The notes beneath the pieces are model-generated. The model did no database searches, was not told the origin of the DNA, and was given only the letters and a program-made list of their open reading frames with translations. 64,000 bases of DNA from Convolutriloba macropyga (taxonomy: Eukaryota), in the NCBI RefSeq assembly GCF_964194025.1, contig NC_134468.1:2046001-2110000 (forward strand). The letters are read 5' to 3'. The translations under genes and the position numbers were made by a program. Positions 56,454 to 64,000 of the stretch are shown piece after piece. Each line of letters begins with the position of its first letter. The first letter of the stretch is position 1.

Positions 56454-57979
56454 AATTACCTAAGTTTGCTGATTTTATTAGTTTGTAAGTAGAGAGTAGT
56501 ATTGAAACGAACGAATAAAAGTTAGCTAAAACATTAGTTATAATGTAAATCAATGTATATCTGACTTTGCGCTTAATTATGATTTTTATGTGTATTTGTG
56601 AAACGTAAGCATTTGAAGTGCGTATAACTCAACGAGTGTTTTTGTGAGCTTTGATTTTCAAATGTCTGTTTGCATTGTTTGTACTGTCAGCGCTTTGATT
56701 CAATTTTGAGTCATTCAACGAAAACATTGATTGAGTGTTGATCTTCGGTTCACTTCAGCCAAGAAAATCATCTTAATTTATGAAATTTGATCTCATGTTG
56801 AGTTGTGATATTCCCATATCAACGTGACTCTGAGACAGACAGTCTTTGCCCCCCGAGATGTAGCCAAAAGATCTAGTCTTATAGTTAAAACTTAATAAAT
56901 ATACTTCATTACAATAAATTATCCCCATTAGGCGTTATTATGCTTAATAGTCCTTTTGATAATTTTAACAACAGAATAGGGTATAATGCGTTTGGTGTCC
57001 TGAACCATGATTATTATTGTTCAGTTTTTCTAATCGAATCAAAATATAGCCAAATTGTTAAGCAGAGTCTTGAATGTGCTTTTTATTCGGTAATGTTTTT
57101 TTTCCTCCGTAAAACCAAGTAGAATCATTTAAAAGCACTGAAGATCTATTCAAAGCGCTGAATGTTACAACATACGTCTCCATTTTGCCAAAAGCTTGTC
57201 CTTGTTCTGAGAAAAATCTCATCAGTGCGATTTGTTTATTGCGATAATTTCTGTGAAAATTTCAGAGGCATCTGAATGATATTTTTTACCAGGTGTTTAA
57301 CCATAAGCAATGTCATTTGCCTCGTAATATGAAACTGTTGTCATAAAATAATTGATTCTTCCGTTTCTCTTCCAGACATTTTCCCAATAGCTGAAAATGA
57401 AAAATCATCAAAATTAGAGATTGAGATGTCACGTTTGTTTTTTGGCAAGAAATTGATTCAAATTGCCTTAAACATACTAATTTCAATCACATGCTGATAC
57501 CGCTCATCAGATAAAACCTAAAACATTTAAAAATATTTTCCGAAAAAATACAAAAATCGGAAAAAGTATGAAGATGCTGATTTTTTTTGTTTGCCTTTGC
57601 ATAGCAAGAGTTTTACGCTAGTGGATTGTGCATATTATTAGGTGAGTCGAAATTGGAATCAATTGGAGATAATAATATCATGGTCAACTGAAAGTCCTTG
57701 TCAGAAGAAATTGTTGAACAAGCAACATTTTGACCTCAGTATTTTCTTGTCCAAATTTAAAATATACTAATGACTCCTTTACTAATTCCCTGAGTACAAC
57801 TGCAAACCAACTGGAGAGCTTAAATTCGAAAGTGGCTCTAAATTCTGAAAAAATAGCGGAAGGTTATGAGAGAGAGAGAGAGGGATAATTAACCTTTTTG
57901 TTTTACCTTTACCCGACTTTATGCTTTGTGTTGTTTTAGTATGTATCCCATTCCGGGTCAGTTTTTAGTTGAATCAATT

Positions 57980-60900
57980 CCGTAGAAAGTAGAACATTTA
58001 AGTAGAGTACTTTAGTTTTAACTTTAGATGTTGGCTAAAAATTGTGATTTTTAGCGTTTATCTGCCCAAAAAACGTTTAACTCTTTTTTATTTAGAGTGC
58101 AACATTCTACTTTTCATGTTCCAGTTCCCCGTTGAATCATACTGCTTATCGGCGGATTTTGGTTTCAAGATTTTTAGTTAACTCAATTATTCAATGAAGC
58201 CAAGAAAAGCAAACTCCCTTCGGACCAGAAAACCATTTAACTAGACGGTTTGTGCTATCTTGAAAAAGGAAGCAGTTAAAGGTTTTTGTTCAAATTAAAT
58301 ATTCAGTTGTTTAAATATTTTCGTACGATATTCAAATTAAATATTTTCGTACGATATTCAGTGTGGGTTTTATTAATGTCTGGTCATAACTCAAATGATT
58401 TTCCCTAATTTTGGCGGCATCAGAACTCTGCTAAACTACAAAATACTAACTTTTAAGTTGCTTATTTTCATTTTGAGGAAGAAACCGAGATATTTAAAAA
58501 CGGCTATGTGTTCAGTGTCTCTTATGTTTTGTGTTCTTGTCTTCAATCAAATTACGATAAAAATGTAAATTTTTGTCTTGTTTATCGATTTTTTTGCATT
58601 GTTTTTGATAACTTTGCAACTTAAACGCAAAACTAGAAATGCATCTCCTCCCCTATACTTTTTCAGCTCCAGTTATCCTTCTAATTTTGAAAAAATTCTA
58701 CCTGCAAAGAATGGCATTTTTAATAGAATTCAAAAGTAGCCTCTAACGTCAACAAAATGATGTTTCCAGTTTTTTTTCTTTGCGATGTGCAATCAAAAGT
58801 GAAAAGTTCACGGAAGAGAAAAGAGCCTTCTGAAATGTTAACTTGGAACCAAGATGAAAACCAGCTATATTTTTTGCTGGTGATGAATATGGCTGGCTTA
58901 ATTTGTCCACCTTTTTTAAGATAACAATATATCCTCGTAACTATTTGTGAAGACATTTTTCTTCTTTTTGGACAAGTTAGTGCAATGTGCGTTTTCATTC
59001 TGCCACCAATTTTCAAAATTCCATTTTTCTGAAAAAAATCATAGATCATTTTGAACTTTAAATGACTTGACCAGGAATGCCCCGCCATTTTAATAATTTT
59101 AAAACATTTCTGGCTGTCAGTTTAAAATAAATTGCAAAATCAATATGCTCAGCTTAAGACAAGGCAAGGCGTTCAGCTGAGATTTTGTTCAGTTTTTTAT
59201 TTTTCTGTTTATTAAATTTGATTGTGCTTTTTAATTTTCTGATTTTCCTGAAGTTTAGCAGTAAACTTTCTTCTGTTCAACTACCGGGATTAATTGTTAT
59301 CTGGTGTTTCATGTAAAGCATGATTTGTTGTGTAGTTTTTGTTGTAGAGCTATTGTGTGTTTCCTGTTTATCGATCGCGTCCGTCAAAGCATGGTCAGAT
59401 GATTGTGCCAAAGTTTATATCGCCCCAATATATCTTTGACACACCACAGGTTTTGATTTGTTGGTTTATGTTGCGGCGATGTTTTTGATAAAAATTTAAA
59501 GTCCAGAGAATATTGAGTCAAGCTAAAATAAAATTAATATGAAATCCAGGTTATCAAATGGCATGCTGCTCATTAATTTTTCTTCTAGCATTCGGAGGAG
59601 ATGAGCCTTAAAACATTGAACGGCAGGAAAATTTTTGGTGTAAAGGAAAGACTTAAAAGTTAGAAGAAACCCAATGTTCTTCAACGGCCGATAGAAATGG
59701 CTTTCCTGTTAATGTATAATTACATTTGTTGTAGTCTCGTACGGAAATTTATTATTCGTAAACGAAACTTTCAAAAAGTAAATAACAGAAATTCTCAGCT
59801 ATCTTTTTCTCCATAATTTTCTTAATTACTTCTAGTTGGTTGACTGTTTTGTATCACTGCCTGGTGAAAGTTTACCAAGAGGTTGAAGATAGACCGGTTT
59901 AAGTTTTATCTAATATTTTTTCTGGTATCCGGTTTCTGATTTTCCAGAGATTAGCTATTACTTCGTATGAAGGATCATGTTTTTTATATTCATACACAAA
60001 GCTCTATTCTTGCAATGTTTTTGAATATTGTGAAAAGCATATTTCTTAGCATTGTAAAAATGTATAATTCTGGAATTCTACTGATCAATTAATTGTCCCA
60101 CTTGCTTGTTTCTGAAAAAAAATTGAGACAGAAATTCTTCCCTACTTCGCATACTAAGGACGTTGTGTTTTGGCCAATGTTTTGCCACAATTTTCTCAAA
60201 GATAACCAATTCTCTCAACAATAAATGTGTCTCTATCTTCTAGAAGGTAGTAAATGTGTTTTTTTTGCTTGACCGATTTTTGGTCTGGCCCTTTTGACTT
60301 ATAGTCCTCAAAAACGTGATAAACAGGTAACGCTCGGAGGGCATTAACTAGGCGAGCAGCTCTCTTAGAGCCCTACGCCTCACTAGTCTATAAGTATGCA
60401 ATTCACCGAAAGTGGCGGTCTTTAGTCTTAAACGTTTGACACCCTCAGTCACCCCCCCCCCCCCCGTCCAGCTCTCCCATGACCCTACCACCCATCGCTT
60501 GACCCCCTCCCCTCCTTTCCACTCCGCTCACACGCCCTAATGCTAAATTCCTAAGCCCCAGCTGGCTACTGCCAAAGCCAACCGCTCGCCCGTAGTTTGA
60601 GAGCAATTCGCCCGACGTTACTAGAGACGCCCTTAACCATTTTCTTATTTTTATGTGTTTAGTTGAGCCGTTTTTGTTTTATAAACAATCAAAGTCAGTT
60701 TGTCAACATTTGAAAGGTTTGTCTGAGAAATAAATTGACGGTATGATATTGCTGAAAACCAAGTAGTAACGTCCATGAGACGTTTCGGAGACTTAGTTTA
60801 ACTGTTACAGTAGCCATTTTTAGAACAATATTAATCTCTTAATCCTCGCTATGCTATATGAAATAGAAGTAGACAATTCAATTTTTCGTTTTAAACTCAT

Positions 60901-61330
60901 TGTGGCAACATAAAATAATTTTACACGAAAGTTTATACACTGACAAATATTTGTTCGATAAATTAACTCTGAAAGTCTTAAAGGTTCTAACATTATTTTT
61001 TATTGATAAGCATAATTTTTTTGTTCAATCTTTTGAAGTTTTTGGCATGGCTAACAAATTTTGCCCAATCAATGAACTTATGCTATAGAACTTGTTTTTC
61101 AAGTAAAAGTCTTCCCGTCTCTTCCATGTAAAGTTTCTGCGCTCCGTCAAAAATTGTCGGTCCTATATTTTTTGAATTGTCTTTCAGTAGTGGCTCTAAT
61201 CTGCTGTTAATCAATTGATGCTTGCTTTTCGAGTGGTGATTGTTATCAGATCGAACCAGAAAGAGGAAGAAGTGGGTGAATTTACGGTATTCATTTTCAT
61301 ACGTCTTTCTAGACAGGGACAAAAGTGTAT
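57980..61330 (-). mobile_element. Heavily decayed BEL/Pao LTR-retrotransposon pol relic (RT to integrase)
   Basis: FFQKNGILKIGGRM...IVTRIY...GG...KKYSW (BEL PF.D..GILRVGGRL...H.G...YW region); IFDGAQK (~61150, cf. VFDASAK); correct order on one strand; no LTRs found. Confidence 0.55.
60338..60632. mobile_element. C-rich MITE-like insert within the BEL relic
   Basis: Loose inverted ends agggc..taac..ggcga..gctctc / gagagc..tcgcc..gtta..gccct, TTAA on the right; related to 13460-13745. Confidence 0.45.
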
Positions 61331-62455
61331 TGAACCTTGTTTGTTCACGTGCAGCAGTCTGATACTTTTAATTCGTTTTTTGTTTAAATTTGTTGTATTA
61401 GATTCTAGGGTATATATTATGTTTGCTGATTGCTGTTTTATTGAAGGCCGTTCTTTAAGATGATCAAAATTTTCGGTTTGTTTTTAATTTAAATAAAAAT
61501 TAATATTTATAGTAAAATACCGCATTTTAAAAAGTCTTATCTTATTTTTAAATTTTAAATTCAAAATTTTCATCCTGATTGATTCTGTTTTCGGAATACG
61601 GATTGAGAATTTTTCCAGTCAAGAGTTGAGAATTTTTATGTTCAAGGGAATACGCAGCATTTTAGTATTAATTCAACCAGTTTTTGGGACGTTTGAGTGG
61701 GTTTTTTGAGTTTCTCAATTTTAAAAAAACAAAAAAATTTCAATTTTTAACTAATAAATTTGACTTTTTCAGTGATCTTTACGTGGTTTGATTTCATTTT
61801 ACTAAAGTTGGAACGATTTTTTTGTAATCGCTTGTAATCGTTTTTTTTTGTAAAAATGTATTGCTATCTGCTGAGGAACAACCCGTATTGTGTTTCATTT
61901 GTGTACTTTGATGTATTTTTGATATTTTTGTTTGGTTTTTCCTATAAAATTCCTATTTCAAAAAATTTTTGCTGGAATTACAATTGAATTCTTTTAGATA
62001 CTTGCTGCTATTAGTGACACACGAAGCTCTTTGCAGTCAAATGCAGCACGTAATTTTCAAAGCAAACTTAGGTGGGGCAGCTATTTTTTGCTCTCATTTT
62101 CTTTAAAACTTGTTTCTTTTATTGATTTTCGGAGAAGAGAATTTTTTTGCTTTTTTAAATTTTGGGGTTTGATGAATTAATTTCCTCAGTTTTTTTGTAC
62201 CTAAAAATTTTGTAGTTTGTGGAATTTGTTGATCAGATTTTCTGCGCACCAGTTCAATATAGGATTTTTTTTTGCTTTGATTTAATATCTACGTTTCGAT
62301 TTATTTGAGAGATAAACTTCGTGAAATTGTTCTTTTTTAAGTTTCTGATTACATCTTTTGATATCAAAAGCATCTCAACAATTTGATGCGTATTTCTCAA
62401 ACTAAAACGGAATCCCAGTTTTTAGTGGAAGTAATGACCACTCGCTTGCAATCAT

Positions 62456-63930
62456 TGTTCCGACCCACTTTAGTGGGGGAAGAACTATATACTCAAATGG
62501 GTTTTTTTGTTCAGTCAATTTTGGCCGATCGATATAAGCATCGTTGAGAGTTGTGAGTGGTATCATTAAAAAGCTCGTCCAGCATAGAATATGGAATTAA
62601 GATTTTTTTCAATTTTCGCTTTTTATAGGGAGTTGTCGAGGTTTAAAATTTTGTGAATATTTACCGTAATTCATCTGTTATTTTCGGTATTTTAGACCTA
62701 ATTTTTTTATCAATTTTGCTAAAATTTGTTCAGATTTTTTGTTTTAGTGTTATTGATTTTAACTCTAAAGATAGAGGAGGTTTGATGAATTCTTCGATCT
62801 GAGTTTTGTGGCTAGAATTTTTGATAATTTTAAAATTCGATTTTCTTCGGGACCAAATTTGCTTTTTTAGCCCCCTTATTTTAAATTTGCTGGAAGTATA
62901 TAGCTTGAAAATGCGGCAATGCTGTTTTTAAGCTGAAAATGAGCTAGTTCTACACCCGCTGGCTTTGAGAGTCTTATGGAATTAATATTTTGCCAGTTTT
63001 TGTGCAAATTAAAGTCAAATCTAAACTCGATAACTAAAAAATGCATTTTTATTTTTGACAAACTGAAAAATTTTGTTGAAAAATTGTTCTATTCCGCAAC
63101 CATTTGAAAAAAATAGTATTTTGTTAGACGCGCAGTAACATCTGGGCTGATCTTGATCTCGCCATGAATGCTCACGACGAAATTTTTTTTAGATTTTAAT
63201 GGGGCGCGATTTTTTTTCAAAATGTTTCCGTTATGTAAAGGTTTTTTATATAATCTTTTTTACTCACAAGAAATTCAAATCAGTGCTCAATGAGTGACAG
63301 ATACTATGCACAAAAAACGAGGCCCAAAGAGATTATAATACGGATAATTCTATATTTTATGAGTTTGTTTCGTTTCCTTGTCAAATTATCATATTATTGA
63401 CAAGACCAATTGAAAGAAAGCATCGTAGGGAAAACGCACAGCGTTGGAAAAAAACGTATCTTGATATGTTAATTGTTTTACTTATTTAGTTTATGCTTTT
63501 TGGGCTGAGGCACAGTTTTCTTGTTCAGGTTTTTTTTTGTTTTTGCCTATGGTTGTCATTTTTTGTTGTTGTACGCCATATACCTGACAACAAAAGGTCT
63601 CAATTAGTTCCCCAGGACATATAACTCAACCTAATTAAAGATTTCAGTTTATAGTTGTTTGTTTCAATGACTTTAAAATTGTAATAAGAAAAATTTTTTA
63701 AATGTATCCCTTTGCTTTCATTTACGTAACCATGTAACTCGATCTCACTAAGTAGAAGTCTCAAATGCTTTTGTTGATACTTATTTTTTTGCGCTGGGTT
63801 ACACGTTGTGATCTATTGCTTCGACTATTATTTTCACAAAAAGTTTTCGAAGCTTCTATAATGCTAAATTTTTGGGTTTTTTGTCATCTCCTCGTAATCG
63901 TCCTTTTATAAATAAGTCTTGTTGATGTTA
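62456..63930 (+). mobile_element. Copy of the TGTTCCGACCC repeat family
   Basis: Starts tgttccgacccactttagtggggg; colinear with 17542-19420. Confidence 0.8.
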
Positions 63931-64000
63931 AAATGAAGGAAAGTGACACTTTTTGTTTCTTACAGGCGTCATTTTATAATTATAGTGCCTTGAATAGTGT

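Noticed and set aside
57200-57520. CUGAUGA motifs on the minus strand (~57220, ~57505) and on the plus strand at ~13675
   Set aside because: No stem II followed by GAAA; not hammerheads.
61083-61322. 79-aa minus-strand ORF as an upstream exon of the coiled-coil gene
   Set aside because: No heptads or clear splice pair; better explained as part of the BEL/Pao relic.

Overview
AT-rich (roughly one-third GC by eye), repeat-dense eukaryotic DNA, most likely an invertebrate animal; species not identifiable from sequence alone; one 129-N gap at 12244-12372. Two convergent spliced genes can be built from GT-AG exons that join in frame. (1) A + strand 4-exon gene (9541-15818) for a 108-aa protein with two canonical EF-hands and an ATG-only first coding exon. 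(2) A - strand 9-exon gene (56453-20191) for a 636-aa long coiled-coil protein with an N-terminal LIR-like motif and a ~25 kb third intron. That intron holds a nest of decayed retroelements: two CRE-type non-LTR copies, two Penelope-like elements (one with an intact minimal hammerhead ribozyme in its 3' repeat) and a CR1/L2 relic. It also holds a 1.65-kb foldback, several TIR elements and a young composite 1.43/1.36-kb tandem array whose unit includes a transposon end and a LINE RT fragment. Several non-autonomous elements share CCC...GGG termini (2-bp TSDs where both ends are clear) but have unrelated minisatellite interiors, and three copies from two of these families carry tRNA-derived (Pol III A/B box) cores. 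Most ORFs in the six-frame track are spurious. No rRNA, intact tRNA, CRISPR or prokaryotic features were seen. All protein-family calls come from motif recognition, not database searches.
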